Part shown: positions 35,901 through 46,294 of the stretch, piece by piece
Numbering within the stretch: the first letter of the stretch is position 1
Layout: each line of letters begins with the position of its first letter
Origin: Asterionella formosa
Lineage: Eukaryota
Length of the DNA stretch: 64,000 nucleotides
Assembly: GCA_002256025.1 (NCBI GenBank)
Contig: NKIB01006075.1
Location: 62,001-126,000 of the forward strand
Direction of reading: 5' to 3'
Notes under the pieces: generated by a model
Told to the model about the DNA's origin: nothing
Databases searched by the model: none
The model's input: only the letters and a program-made list of their open reading frames with translations
Program-made: the position numbers and the translations under genes

Positions 35901-37667
35901 AAACGATCGATTCTTGAAGGGATTAGCACTGAAGGAAAAGCTAATATTGATGTGTCGGTTGCGATCTACTCGTACAAACGAAAAGGTTCATGGAATGCTG
36001 TCGTTCAATTTGAAGATCTAGTTCACATGAATGCACTTGTTCACAAAGCGGCGATGAAAGGTGGGGTCACTATTTCCCATCAGCAAGTTATTCCAAGCAT
36101 TCTTGAAGGGCAAGCCGAGTCAAAGGCAATCCTAGATGAAATTAAAGCTGAGCATTCCGTGTACCCGACTATCACTAGTCGACAGAAACTGAAAGATATT
36201 ATGAAACAACATAGAGAGGCAATGCTCGGGCTACGCATCGTTTCAGATAGCATCCACATTGATAAATTCTCATTTCATGTGGTGCTCAAGCAGAAATCTT
36301 TTCGATCAGCACACCCACCGTCCAGTACTAGCCTCCTCGATTCATCCTCCGCCACCATCGACGAAGCGAATGCTCGACTTACGCAGTATGTACCTGTCCT
36401 TAAAGAAGAGCAAGACAAGCTGCAAAAATATCAGCGAGGATTAAAGATTCCCGACCATGTTAAGGAAATGAGTGCCTACGAAACTCTCGTGGCGCTCGCG
36501 GAGAAAGACTATGAACATACTTGGTGCCCAATTTGTATGGATCAATTAGGGGAAACTAAGAGAAACAAAGCGCAAGCAAAACTTGGGATGATATCATTGA
36601 CGCATTGCGGACATATATATTGCCAAATGTGTCTCAGTGAGTATATGTCAACGCGCCAAGCGTCTCACCTGCAGACACAGTGTCCAACTTGCCGGAAACC
36701 CTTGGGTATTGCCCGAGAAGTTACCGTCGTTGACCCTAATCTGACGGGAGAGCTCGAAAACGTAGACGAGAAAAGAATAAGAGCCAAGCGGATTATTCAA
36801 GCAGCGTCCAAGCTATTAGAAACGAGCAACGGGCAACTGGAAGCAGCAATGTGGGAGCAATTGTACTTGTCAATTGACTTACCGGTTGGTGTATCACGAG
36901 CCGGAGAACCTCGGTTGACGGCCATTCCCCTTGAAGTGCTACAACATCTTCGTTCAGCAACTTGCATGAACACCCACAACAAACCGGCAAGCACCCCACT
37001 TTCGGGACCCTTGGGATTTCAAAATGGTCTGTCCAGCAAGATTCAGGCTCTACTTTCTGACCTTCCCAAGGATGAACGATGTGTTGTCTTTTCCAGTTAC
37101 GCTACATGCATAAACCATCTTACGTTCTGTCTCCGCAACTTGGATATACCACATCAATCTCTCTACAAAGGTCAGAAGGTGGCTGCCCAGGAAGAAGCCC
37201 TGGGAGATTGGAAGAAATCTACAACCAATGCTGATGGTAGCACTTTTATCCCATTCCCAATTCTCGTCGTGCAGTCTGGGGCCGCAGCTTCTGGCCTTAC
37301 TTTAACTGACGCTTGCAAGATTTTTCTTCTTGAACCTTTCGTCAGGCAAGAAGAGGAGCAACAGGCGTTTGCTCGGTGTCACCGATATGGTCAGACACGA
37401 CCAGTGCATGTCAAAGTATATTACACTCCAGTCTCGGTGGAGTCTCGATTGTTAGAATGGCGTAAGAAGGCCTTGGAAGGGCCTTCTCGATCTGATTCAA
37501 ATGTCACAACGAGATTTACTTCTCTAGATGTTGTGGACAACGAGGAGGAGGACGACGAGTGTGACTATAGCAGACCAGAGATGGTTCGTGACGACGAAGA
37601 ATTCAATCAGACACTATTTCTGCTCGGACTCATGCAAAGTAGACGAGGTAAAGAGGCAGGGGATTAA
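32922..37667 (+). CDS. SNF2-family ATPase with embedded C3HC4 RING (Rad5/Rad16/SHPRH-like), 1581 aa
   Basis: GGILADQMGLGKT, VVPPALVSQW, DEMQ, SGTP, CPIC...CGHIYCQMC...CPTC, GLTLT, QAFARCHRYGQ. Confidence 0.9.
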   Translation: MSNPRPTKKAKTTLSTTTTINRCHRGPLPVPFAPTKLSFQFPPRLFPPTIFTNAVYRDGVRLSTETCQTGLLKKPYFGTRKAFSRVFKVDASLYELDQNHQIPMLTSEQVLLWHHTFAATAAAQSHFPSNVGRLLGTITRTLTTDKGRPKLPKPFLGTYPMKPAQLRNISKQKATYEAKQETDNANTIEARATAIREQWQQIINNGVQVHGWDIRHGSLLTSAVNDPHYVPVPALLKWAAKDDHQGQCKDLYHGLLSIPTDTRSILTSLAELSSPIGLYDIPLITPYPVLEEMEQITREKLPALQRYRLTIAVYANRLLPEVMMARDLHIIMSALDEFSYRLTQPLESCPVPQKPVFASAEYPKVVVEDTLDDDTEAEEKKEQDLTILGSTRDDGLTISAFTIPGLMKLLEHRGNDISNWKQPNNLQIDLMLHQKHAVCWMMQMESLGGFGINSILWEEREFWDGGKYYYSPALGQIRLAQPPTCKGGILADQMGLGKTMEVMGLILATLEILKSEQRAGMMYLQTTLIVVPPALVSQWISEIHKCCGDYLVVQYYDPKSQVFEDKSKARGTPDIVVTTYRSLESHAASKNLADKVWGRIVLDEMQEIRSSTSLIAKNCEKLISERRWMLSGTPFFEGIDDLRGELNFLSVVPFCAKLEDGFFDFAILDHWKQRSKYGLETLKIIGLLALRRSSSMTICETGAPLLGLQNLTIEFVPVTQRPSERALYCYLEHLVARELEMSEGHTSAALCLRLLREMSISPVLLNGGLGVSSQLQSLNGILIRENRRRLQSAGLEIAVDEDPKKILSRSDLVDDMFDANRGRTILSCWDAIRYLTQVQESVHTEADFVSEMTLGTGGGMARRNRATTSVDALIIDCKMKLAEANKKVSAARSERARARWHLALELVTIGACPEYPKCIKRSVATLWKWRWLVEKRSHIDKHRSTSCFLRRGWRPSEKFAAIDLYATNPGFAWAHARSVEINEIPNEVTFEEIKRSILEGISTEGKANIDVSVAIYSYKRKGSWNAVVQFEDLVHMNALVHKAAMKGGVTISHQQVIPSILEGQAESKAILDEIKAEHSVYPTITSRQKLKDIMKQHREAMLGLRIVSDSIHIDKFSFHVVLKQKSFRSAHPPSSTSLLDSSSATIDEANARLTQYVPVLKEEQDKLQKYQRGLKIPDHVKEMSAYETLVALAEKDYEHTWCPICMDQLGETKRNKAQAKLGMISLTHCGHIYCQMCLSEYMSTRQASHLQTQCPTCRKPLGIAREVTVVDPNLTGELENVDEKRIRAKRIIQAASKLLETSNGQLEAAMWEQLYLSIDLPVGVSRAGEPRLTAIPLEVLQHLRSATCMNTHNKPASTPLSGPLGFQNGLSSKIQALLSDLPKDERCVVFSSYATCINHLTFCLRNLDIPHQSLYKGQKVAAQEEALGDWKKSTTNADGSTFIPFPILVVQSGAAASGLTLTDACKIFLLEPFVRQEEEQQAFARCHRYGQTRPVHVKVYYTPVSVESRLLEWRKKALEGPSRSDSNVTTRFTSLDVVDNEEEDDECDYSRPEMVRDDEEFNQTLFLLGLMQSRRGKEAGD

Positions 37668-37765
37668 TTGGATGTATGATGAGATGAAGCTCTACTAACT
37701 TGTACTGAGTGTGTATCCAAACATATTTAAAATATCCAACGAGAGTTTAAAACCGCATTATGGAA

Positions 37766-38677
37766 TTATACCAAAAGTTTAATGCGATACATGTTCGGCC
37801 ACTGCTTTCCAGTAACCCATAGTTCATCCTCCATGTCCGTTACACTAATTCCATTGAAGCAGTCTGCAGATTGCGCTCGGTTCTGATACAAGTTCGAGAA
37901 ATCGTAAATGTGCGAAACAGATCCAGTCGCCGGATCAATTCTCAACAAGTAATCTTGATACCAAACATTGGCCAGGACGGCACCCTTGTGCCACTCTAAT
38001 TCATTCAGTAAATTCATTGGTTGCTTTAGACTATCATCTTCTACGGAAAACTTTATATGTACCTCAACGTGTCTCTTTTGTTCCAAGGTGTCTCTGTCCC
38101 AGAAGAAGAGATGGCTGGAACCATCACTAACGATAAATTCGTTTTCATTTTCATTGTAGGTGATTCCCCATCCCTCCGTAGTCTTGGTCGAGTACGTGAA
38201 TTCCTTAACAATTTCAAAAGTTTCAGCATTATAGATCCACCCAACCTGTCGCTTCCACGTTATTTGAATAATTCTTCCATTTCCGTCTTTATCTGTGAAA
38301 TGAGCAATACCTTCTCCAAAGTACTTGCTTTCCAGTTTGTGCGTTTGTAACACTGTTCCAGTATTCGGGTCGACTCGTCGAAGTTCCGATTCGTGATACA
38401 GGCCTGTCCCTTCCCATAGATTTCCATTAAAGTAAGTAAGTCCTTGTGTAAAGGCTCTGTCGTCGTGTGGCAACACTTGTAGAACGACGTAGTTGGTGTC
38501 GGGAGTGTCGTTGTCCATCGTTGAGCCATCCATTGAGAGTTCTACAGAATCTTCTTCCATCAAATCGTCATGAGTGCTTTCAGGAGGAAATGCTGCTACA
38601 GACAGTAGTGCGACAAGGAGGAGGATTAGACAACCAAAGAATGGTCGATTGGCACGGTGAGTGCCTGGAAGATTCAT
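37766..38677 (-). CDS. Glutaminyl-peptide cyclotransferase, plant/bacterial beta-propeller type, with signal peptide, 303 aa
   Basis: PHD..AFTQGL, EGTGLY, FGEGI, QITW, EGWGIT, SDGS, LNELE, ANVW, NGI, TGK.WP. Confidence 0.92.
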   Translation of the reverse strand: MNLPGTHRANRPFFGCLILLLVALLSVAAFPPESTHDDLMEEDSVELSMDGSTMDNDTPDTNYVVLQVLPHDDRAFTQGLTYFNGNLWEGTGLYHESELRRVDPNTGTVLQTHKLESKYFGEGIAHFTDKDGNGRIIQITWKRQVGWIYNAETFEIVKEFTYSTKTTEGWGITYNENENEFIVSDGSSHLFFWDRDTLEQKRHVEVHIKFSVEDDSLKQPMNLLNELEWHKGAVLANVWYQDYLLRIDPATGSVSHIYDFSNLYQNRAQSADCFNGISVTDMEDELWVTGKQWPNMYRIKLLV

Positions 38678-39249
38678 ATCTGAAATGTTATTAACAAATA
38701 CAAAAATAGCTTTGCTTTGTTGGGGTTAACTCCTTTTTGCTTCGATTTGCGTTGTTTGTTGCAACAAAGAGTAGACTCTATTCAGTCAATTGAGTATACC
38801 TGCGTGTGAATATTCGGGCGAATGCTTTATAACACCATGGTGAGGCCGATTGATGTGTCATGGCTGCCTCCTCGCATCGATATGCATCGTTATACTACCG
38901 GTATTTCTGGAATTTCAATCGTCGTTGCTACGATGCGGCGGCCAGAAAAGTTTCAAAACTTTGCTCCGGGCGGAGAGGAGGGGGTGTGGACGAAGCAAAC
39001 AAAGAAGCAGCCAAAGCGAAATCCGCTATGTACTTACTACCAACAAGTTGCGGTCATTTGGCTTAAATAAACAATTTAATAGAGGATTAAAAAGCTACTA
39101 TTTTAGCTTCGGCACAATGAATGCAAGTTGCAGTCATTTTGCTGAAATAAACATTTTAATCATGGATAAAGTGTTGATAAACCCATTGGCACCAACTGTC
39201 TTTATGTGTTTGAGTTCATCAATACAAAGATAGCTAAACCTTTAGTTTT

Positions 39250-40140
39250 AGCAAAATTACCAAAGCAACTTGCAGATACTGATATTGGTACTTCATTGTA
39301 CCCACACCCCGCCCATTGTGCGCATTGTACGCATCACCTCATTCATGACAAGCAAGTAGGTTTGACCATTTGACTGGCACCTTACTGTGAGAAGGTCACG
39401 CTATGAGTGCCAACCCTACCAAGTACACATGTTAATGAGAAGGCATCTAGCCACAGGAAGGGTATTGATGAGGCATTTCACAACTTGCATAGCTATTTTC
39501 ATATCATGTCACTTTTAGCTTGCTAGAATTCTTGTTCATCATGTAAAATATATTTGGTATATTTCCTATATTCACATATTGCAATCTGCAATGGGTCTGG
39601 TATTGCCCATAATATGCTGTGATGAAATAGTATTTATACCAATTGCCCCATAGCCTTTCATGCCAGATAGTGCTAACACTTTATGCTAACAATCTAGATT
39701 TCTTCTTCCCAATATCAAGACCTGGAGATATGCTGGAGAGGTATTGGTCAGCAACTGTCAATATATTGCTCGAAGGTATGAAACCAACCTTAGTAATGAT
39801 TTTCAGGGATGACTAATGTTATGTCAGGGAGCACTTAAGACATGCTATTAGCTAGGACAATGTTCCCGTTTGGAGAAAAGAAGCAATTGCTACATGTGAG
39901 GATGCTGTTCTTTATTTGTTTTCAATATCATATATATAATAATAGGGAGTATAGTTATCCTGGCTAATTCTTCAAGTATTCCTAAAGTACACAGTACAAA
40001 TACCACATCTTTCTTAACATGCCACATCTATGTAATGCATCTGCATTGCTTTGGCATGTTTGATACAACAGTGCAAAGAGTACAAGCCAAGAACTGCTCA
40101 AGACCACTACTGTATTATCCCATCTTTGGACTAGTAGGTA
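39250..40140. mobile_element. Heavily decayed CpG-depleted repeat, possibly a non-LTR retrotransposon relic
   Basis: About 6 CG in ~900 bp; broken minus-strand frames (TFEQYID..., MKGYGAIG..., VKCLINTLPV) only loosely LINE-like. Confidence 0.25.
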
Positions 40141-41002
40141 AATGAATTCGCCCATCTACACTCACCGGTAGTCTAACGGTTCTTTTTGAGCGATGTGACA
40201 TTTTACTGTACATGCCAATGGTATGATACCTTTTCGGGGGAGCGAGGCTGATGACTTCAATTCTTGTTTACTTATTTTACGCACATCATCATCGATAGTA
40301 GCATGTGTAGCCTGGTACCTGGTACCGGTATGCTGCAACATCATTGGATTGCCACCTACTTCAGTGGGGAGGAGTGCGACGTTGTCCGTACTATACACGA
40401 ATAACTCAAAGCCAATGCAAGGAGGCGGGCCAGCTTCAATGGCTCGCTTTGTCACACACATACATAGGTCTAGTGTACGTAGGTAAACACTCCGAGTGCA
40501 CCGGCATCTGGTACCACCGCAGTTGTAAGTTTGTATGTGAATTGTTATTAGAGAGGGAAGCGATAGCTGTTAAAACAAAGCACAGCTACACTGTATGTAC
40601 CTACTATTACGTCGCACATATAATTTGGCTAACAATGAAAATACATGGTGCTTTATAACACCCCCTCCCCTGCATGAAGCAAACAGCATCGAAAATCCTC
40701 TCCACTTTCTTGTATTAAAATATATCGTACAATTATAACGTTCAAGGGAGTTTGTTTGTCCTCTGCCGATTCGGTCGAAACCCACCCTCTTCTTGCCACA
40801 GTTAGATTCACAACCCCCATTACTTCTTCTCGTTGACCTACAGTATTAAAGCCTTGGTTGATCAGACCTGACGTTCTCATCCATAGACTTGTCTGAATTG
40901 TTCCACTCCAACCTAGGTTTCTCAGCGGCCGGTTGCCGCGTCATTCTGCCTCGTCCAAGCAATCAGATCTGTGCATACTTTGAATAGAACTAACTTGAAA
41001 GC

Positions 41003-44000
41003 ATGTCTATTCTCAGTCGCCTTTCTCAAGACTTATCGAACTCCATACAAGACGCCTACGGCTCCTTATTCCTTGGCGATGATGCCGGCAAATCCGCAAG
41101 GACATGTTTGGTGCTGAGACCACCACAAAATTCCAATTCATCCAAGCTCGACCTTGGCATGACATTTATAGAGATTAATGGACGTGCCTATGTTCGAACA
41201 GTAACACCTCATTCCGAAGCAGCCAAACTGGGAGTCCTACCCAGAGATGCCGTCCAATTTGCACTAGTGTACAAGAAGGAGTGGATGATGGAAAATGACA
41301 TATCCACGGATCAAGATCAAAGAGCTAGATTATATGCAACAGACTGTGAGAACCAGGGCATCAGAATTTCGTATGAAGAATTGCGAACTATATTGGCAGA
41401 AGGCATGGATCCATTACAGTCTGCTTTTACTTCCCCAAACCCCGTGGCTCCCACATGGAAGGCACCGCCAATTCCGTCCACTATTAATGTGTGCGCCTCG
41501 GATATAGAGGAGTTTGAGCGTCCTACCTCTCCGTATCAACAAAACACACCAAGACCTGTTGTCCTTATTCTTCGGCGGACACGGCAACGACCGTCCAGGG
41601 CATTGGTCAATTTTAGGTTGGACGATGAATGCGACTTTGCAGCTTCATTAATTCGAAGACTGGCGCCCACGTCAGACATGGACATGCCGTCACCCGATAC
41701 GTGGGAAGAGTTGGTACATGATGGGACGGATTGGTTGCTAGGGACTGGTAGTATACTGCCACCGAAGAATTCTATCAATGGGAATAATACCAGTTCGTAC
41801 AGAAAAGATGAAAGTGGTATTCCACTTGACGACTATGAAAAGCAGCGGTCCATGAAGTTAGCGAAACTGAAATCACGGATGAATACGGAGAATTTACACG
41901 CGCACGATCGAGCTGAAGATGTTGAAGCAAGTACAATTCGAGGCATGATTCAAAAGGCTGTTGGTTTGGCATTTGTCAGAGCAACAAAAGTTGTCCTGGG
42001 TGTATCCATTCATGGAGGATCCGGGATAGTCATTGCCCGGCTCGACGATGGAACTTGGTCGGCACCAAGTGCGATTGGGACCTGGGGGTTGGGATTAGGG
42101 ATTCAGTTTGGACTGGAAGTGGCGGAATACATTTTTATCTTACAAACGGAAGAGTCACTGGATCATTTTCGGAAGGGTGGATCCTTCACAATTGGGGGCA
42201 ATATTGGTGCTGCCATTGCTGGAATGGGGCGAGAGGCATATGGAGCCGCATCGGTTGGTAGCATGTGCCAGTCGACCGCGAATGGATTAGAACCAATGAA
42301 GGAGGATGAATACAATGATGACGACTCGAGAAATGACAAGAGAACTTCTTCTCTAGGAATTGCTCCGATTGTGGCTTATGCCAAATCGCAAGGACTTTAT
42401 GTTGGTGTCAGTCTAGAAGGGTCACGAATCTTTAGTCGCGACGATATCAATGCGCGAGCGTACAAGTTTGCGACAGGGCGAGAAGTAGAAGCAAGGGATA
42501 TATTGTCTGGCAAGGTGGCTACTCCTCCCGACGCTGAGGACTTGTATGCGTCCTTGCATAGTGTTGAGTTCACCCATGAAATGAATTGCCTGCCTCGACC
42601 ACCGGAATGCTTACGTAAAGACTCACCCAACTCGTGGTTCTATGATCAATCGAGTTTGGCGGCTTTGAATAACAACAACGATGACCCATCGATGAATCCC
42701 TTCTCATTCCTGGATAATCTTAGTAAGGAGGACGCAGAAGAAGCTGCTTCCTTTGAATTGCAATTCAAAAAGTTCATGTACGGAGGTGTTTCTGTCCAGA
42801 GACTGATACCAAATACAGAATCCAGGTCCGGCAAAACACGAAAAGAACGGAGGACATTGTGGCTTATGCTTCCCGAAGTGGGAGCCTTGCGACTTGGATT
42901 TGTCTCAAAACTGAGTGACGGAGATGCTCCAGTTTCGAACAAGAGCAGCACTCGGGAGGCCAGGCGCGATACGAACGATTTCAATTCTGTTAGTTTGGAT
43001 AACGATATTGGTACTGTCGCTTCTGAAGAAGTCACTCTCGATTCGATATTAGTCGAGAAAGAAGGAAACTTGGGTCATATTCGGACTGGAAACGTCCAGT
43101 TATCAATTAAACATTCTTTAGCTCTCACAGACGTTACGCTCCTGTCGCAAGAACCTCACATCCCGGTGAAGTTCAGCCAGGAAGATCAGACTGAGCATCT
43201 AAGAGTTATTTCAATTCAAGACGCCGCAGGTACTTCATTGTTGTTCTTGGCTAACAATTTTCGAGAGGCAGAGCTTTTAGTATGTGGCTTGAAACTTTTA
43301 TTGGAACGCGAGACTGCCAGACTTGGTGTCCGTGGAGGGCTTCCAATCACAGCTTTAGGAGGGGCAGACGTTGCAAGCGGCATGTCTCCAGCAGCAGCAA
43401 GGGGTTTCAAGGACGCTGCTGCAACCAATAAAATTGCACGACGGCGTTTACCCTCTGGGTATTCGTCATCTGAAATGGATGATGATCATTCTACTTATTT
43501 TTCGGGCGATACTGCTGCAGATCTGAAAGGCCGCCATGCTGTCCCTGAAGGACGCAAAAGCTGGGGTAATGTTCCTGGAAGGGATTACATGCGAGGGCAA
43601 GCCTCTCAGAACGACTCATTTGACGTTGGCAGGTCTTCGAATGGCCAAGGCATTCCCAAATATGTACACGGTCAATTGTTGGTTCGCGATATTGAATCCA
43701 ACTTGGTACTTCCGTTGCCTTTGCCTCTCTGCCGAGTCCTTTTGCTAGACTCTAGCTCCCCTGTGATTGCCAAGTGGGAGCATGATCGAGGCGACACAAA
43801 CTTTTCGAAGACCGACTGGACCTTTCCCCCGGCAACGCCTCGAGAAGTTGAACGCCACTCATCCGAGCATCAACTCATTGCAAGTGGCTCAATGTTGGGT
43901 GCGCACAGGACGACCTCATTCGATCGACTTCGAAATGGAATTATTGTTCGATTATCGGAAACGCAGATTATCGATGCCGACGACTCAGAAAAACTTGCTT

Positions 44001-44719
44001 TTACGGTAACGGAGCGTATGCCTCGTCGTGGATTTGCAATTAAGATTCGTATCCTGCTGAGAGCGGCAAAGGAGAATTCTTGTGAAGCAACTATCTTGGG
44101 TGAAGTAAGACCCGTTGGCAAGAACATGACAAACCAGGCAGCGGTTCACAAGGCATTTACCCTAGTCCTGAATGAAATCAAGATCAGATATGGAATTGAA
44201 GGAAATGGGCTGATGTCTGGCTTTCTAAGCGTTGTCGATGGGTTTCCAAATTCTGGCCTTAGCAGTATGCCTATTTCTTCGCGGAATAAATCTAGCAGCT
44301 TATCTAATCCATTTCCAAGAACCGAACCGTCGAAGATGAGCCCGAATCGAAAAAAGTCTGGTTTGGTGTCTCTTGAGGATGTCATGCGTGAGAAGCAAAT
44401 GGAACGGCATCGCCCTCCTACTCCATCAGTGCCGATAGCGAAACCAAGCACGCCTCAACGGCCATCCTCTGCACAAAATACGAACGAATTTGACTCTCCA
44501 GGAGATGAGATGAACTCCAGGGACCCTGGAGTGACAATTGAAGTCAAACCTTTGCCAAAGATTCGACTATCCTTGATGCCAGCACCCCGAGAAGAAGATG
44601 AAGACGAGACTAGCTCGGCTTCTCAACCCGCGCCACCGGTGGTTGTGAAAAAGAAGAGAAATAAGTCCTTCAGGCGGAACTCCAGTGGACCAATGTCAAC
44701 TCGTAGCTATACGCAGTAG
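41003..44719 (+). CDS. SYLF (Ysc84/SH3YL1, DUF500) domain protein with PDZ-like, PH-like and VASt-like regions, 1238 aa
   Basis: GSGIVIARLDDGTWSAPSAIG...GIQFGLE...YAKSQGLYVGVSLEGS...RDDINARAY; the other domains are pattern-level calls. Confidence 0.85.
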   Translation: MSILSRLSQDLSNSIQDAYGSLFLGDDAGKSARTCLVLRPPQNSNSSKLDLGMTFIEINGRAYVRTVTPHSEAAKLGVLPRDAVQFALVYKKEWMMENDISTDQDQRARLYATDCENQGIRISYEELRTILAEGMDPLQSAFTSPNPVAPTWKAPPIPSTINVCASDIEEFERPTSPYQQNTPRPVVLILRRTRQRPSRALVNFRLDDECDFAASLIRRLAPTSDMDMPSPDTWEELVHDGTDWLLGTGSILPPKNSINGNNTSSYRKDESGIPLDDYEKQRSMKLAKLKSRMNTENLHAHDRAEDVEASTIRGMIQKAVGLAFVRATKVVLGVSIHGGSGIVIARLDDGTWSAPSAIGTWGLGLGIQFGLEVAEYIFILQTEESLDHFRKGGSFTIGGNIGAAIAGMGREAYGAASVGSMCQSTANGLEPMKEDEYNDDDSRNDKRTSSLGIAPIVAYAKSQGLYVGVSLEGSRIFSRDDINARAYKFATGREVEARDILSGKVATPPDAEDLYASLHSVEFTHEMNCLPRPPECLRKDSPNSWFYDQSSLAALNNNNDDPSMNPFSFLDNLSKEDAEEAASFELQFKKFMYGGVSVQRLIPNTESRSGKTRKERRTLWLMLPEVGALRLGFVSKLSDGDAPVSNKSSTREARRDTNDFNSVSLDNDIGTVASEEVTLDSILVEKEGNLGHIRTGNVQLSIKHSLALTDVTLLSQEPHIPVKFSQEDQTEHLRVISIQDAAGTSLLFLANNFREAELLVCGLKLLLERETARLGVRGGLPITALGGADVASGMSPAAARGFKDAAATNKIARRRLPSGYSSSEMDDDHSTYFSGDTAADLKGRHAVPEGRKSWGNVPGRDYMRGQASQNDSFDVGRSSNGQGIPKYVHGQLLVRDIESNLVLPLPLPLCRVLLLDSSSPVIAKWEHDRGDTNFSKTDWTFPPATPREVERHSSEHQLIASGSMLGAHRTTSFDRLRNGIIVRLSETQIIDADDSEKLAFTVTERMPRRGFAIKIRILLRAAKENSCEATILGEVRPVGKNMTNQAAVHKAFTLVLNEIKIRYGIEGNGLMSGFLSVVDGFPNSGLSSMPISSRNKSSSLSNPFPRTEPSKMSPNRKKSGLVSLEDVMREKQMERHRPPTPSVPIAKPSTPQRPSSAQNTNEFDSPGDEMNSRDPGVTIEVKPLPKIRLSLMPAPREEDEDETSSASQPAPPVVVKKKRNKSFRRNSSGPMSTRSYTQ

Positions 44720-45042
44720 CAAAGTTGGCGACTTGTACGATTTGGTTGTGTATGTAAAATGTTAGCTATTTGTGGAAATATTCTAGACATTACAAATAAT
44801 TTTTTCTGAATATGATGGTAGAACTCCACTCTGTTCTGGAAAGTTGCCTATTTTCTATGCACCTGTCAGCTCAGTGACCCTAAATAATGGACAAGGGGAG
44901 CAAAACATCATCGTAGCAAGCCCATCAAAAATCGAGTTCAAGAATTAAAAATCTTCTTTTATAAGTCAATAAAAACGTCCACAAATTTACTGATACCGGT
45001 ACTTTTAAGAGTTACTGACCGTTTTCCTTCCTCTGTTGAATA

Positions 45043-45402
45043 TTAGTTGTTGATAGACCACGTATGTCTACATTGAGGATTGAAGCATTCATAAAACACA
45101 GTCTGACCTTCATCGACACTTCTCATCTGAACTGTGTAAAACCCAACTTCGGGAGCGCTGCATTTGACACATGCCTCTTCCACGGTAGCTCGCGAAGGTT
45201 CTCGGTTTTGTTTCAATGCTTGCTGTTCCTCGTCGGATTTGGCCCAAAGGGGAACGGGTCTATCAATCGAATAGGTGGTGCTTGATGGGATTTCCTGCAT
45301 GTTTTTCAAGTCTGATGAGTACGAGCAGACAACACAGTTGATTCCGCCGGTTGAATGGACATTTAGAGTTGCTTTGCACGAAGGACAAAAGGGCCAAGGC
45401 AT
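45043..45402 (-). CDS. RPA12: RNA polymerase I subunit RPA12, 119 aa
   Basis: N-terminal FCPSC...CVVC ribbon; C-terminal TFIIS-type ribbon RATVEEACVKC...QMRSVDEGQTVFYEC. Confidence 0.9.
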   Translation of the reverse strand: MPWPFCPSCKATLNVHSTGGINCVVCSYSSDLKNMQEIPSSTTYSIDRPVPLWAKSDEEQQALKQNREPSRATVEEACVKCSAPEVGFYTVQMRSVDEGQTVFYECFNPQCRHTWSINN

Positions 45403-46294
45403 GATGCTGGGTCGAAATGCGTTTTTTCAATTGGCAAGAGTACCAGTATTACATTCTTGACATGAATGATTGCAGGAATATTCTTTGCATGTTTCTTTAT
45501 TCTCTTATACCGGGGTATGTCAGCCGGACTGACGGAAAGTAGAAATTCAATTTACCGGTATGTGCACATAATGGTCTGTTCGGCTACCGGTATACTCCCT
45601 TTGGTGTTCATTGCTAGTTGCAACCAAGAAACTTTAGGTCACTGCCTTTCATAAAGCGCAAGCTCCGGTAATTATCCACCTACTAACAGCCATTCCTATT
45701 AAAAATGATTCAAAATGAATTGGTGTTTAATAGATATGTTCAATCTCTTCTTCCCTTTAATCGAAAATGATGGACACACCACAGGAAAGAAAAATGACTT
45801 GTACTGTTATCCAAGACAAGGTAAAAAATTGGCTAGCTTTGTCATAAGGGTTGCGAATTCGTGCTCTTGTCAATCCTGCTCTATCTTTTTCAATAGAAGG
45901 CAATTTTTAAAATGACCCTCCAATACAAGGTAATGTGGATAGTTTTCCCGAACTAGGGTTTAATCCAATGCCTGCAAATAGAAAGTGTCATAACGATGAG
46001 ATCCCATGTACCGTACAGTAACTGGCACAGAATTTTCCGCCACATTATAGTTATCCCGTTGTAAGTATGATAAATACATACTATAAGTATAAGATCAGTT
46101 CAAGCATGCTTATAATACACAGCACACCATTTAATTATCAAATCATTATCCTCTGATCTACATTCTTTCATCATATATCTATCTTAACATGAAAGTAAGC
46201 AATTCTAATTGAAATCACTGTTGAAAATAGGCTGAAATGGATTGTAATTATTATGCTATAACTAGAAATGATTTTATTTTTCTATATTCTGTGC

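Noticed and set aside
37766..38677. Bacterial-like glutaminyl cyclase as recent HGT or contamination
   Set aside because: This QC type is known from plants and protists, and the gene sits among ordinary eukaryotic genes
2411..46020. TACAGTA/TACTGTA as Sleeping-Beauty-type footprints
   Set aside because: About 11 seen, near chance expectation for two AT-rich 7-mers, and some lie in CDS
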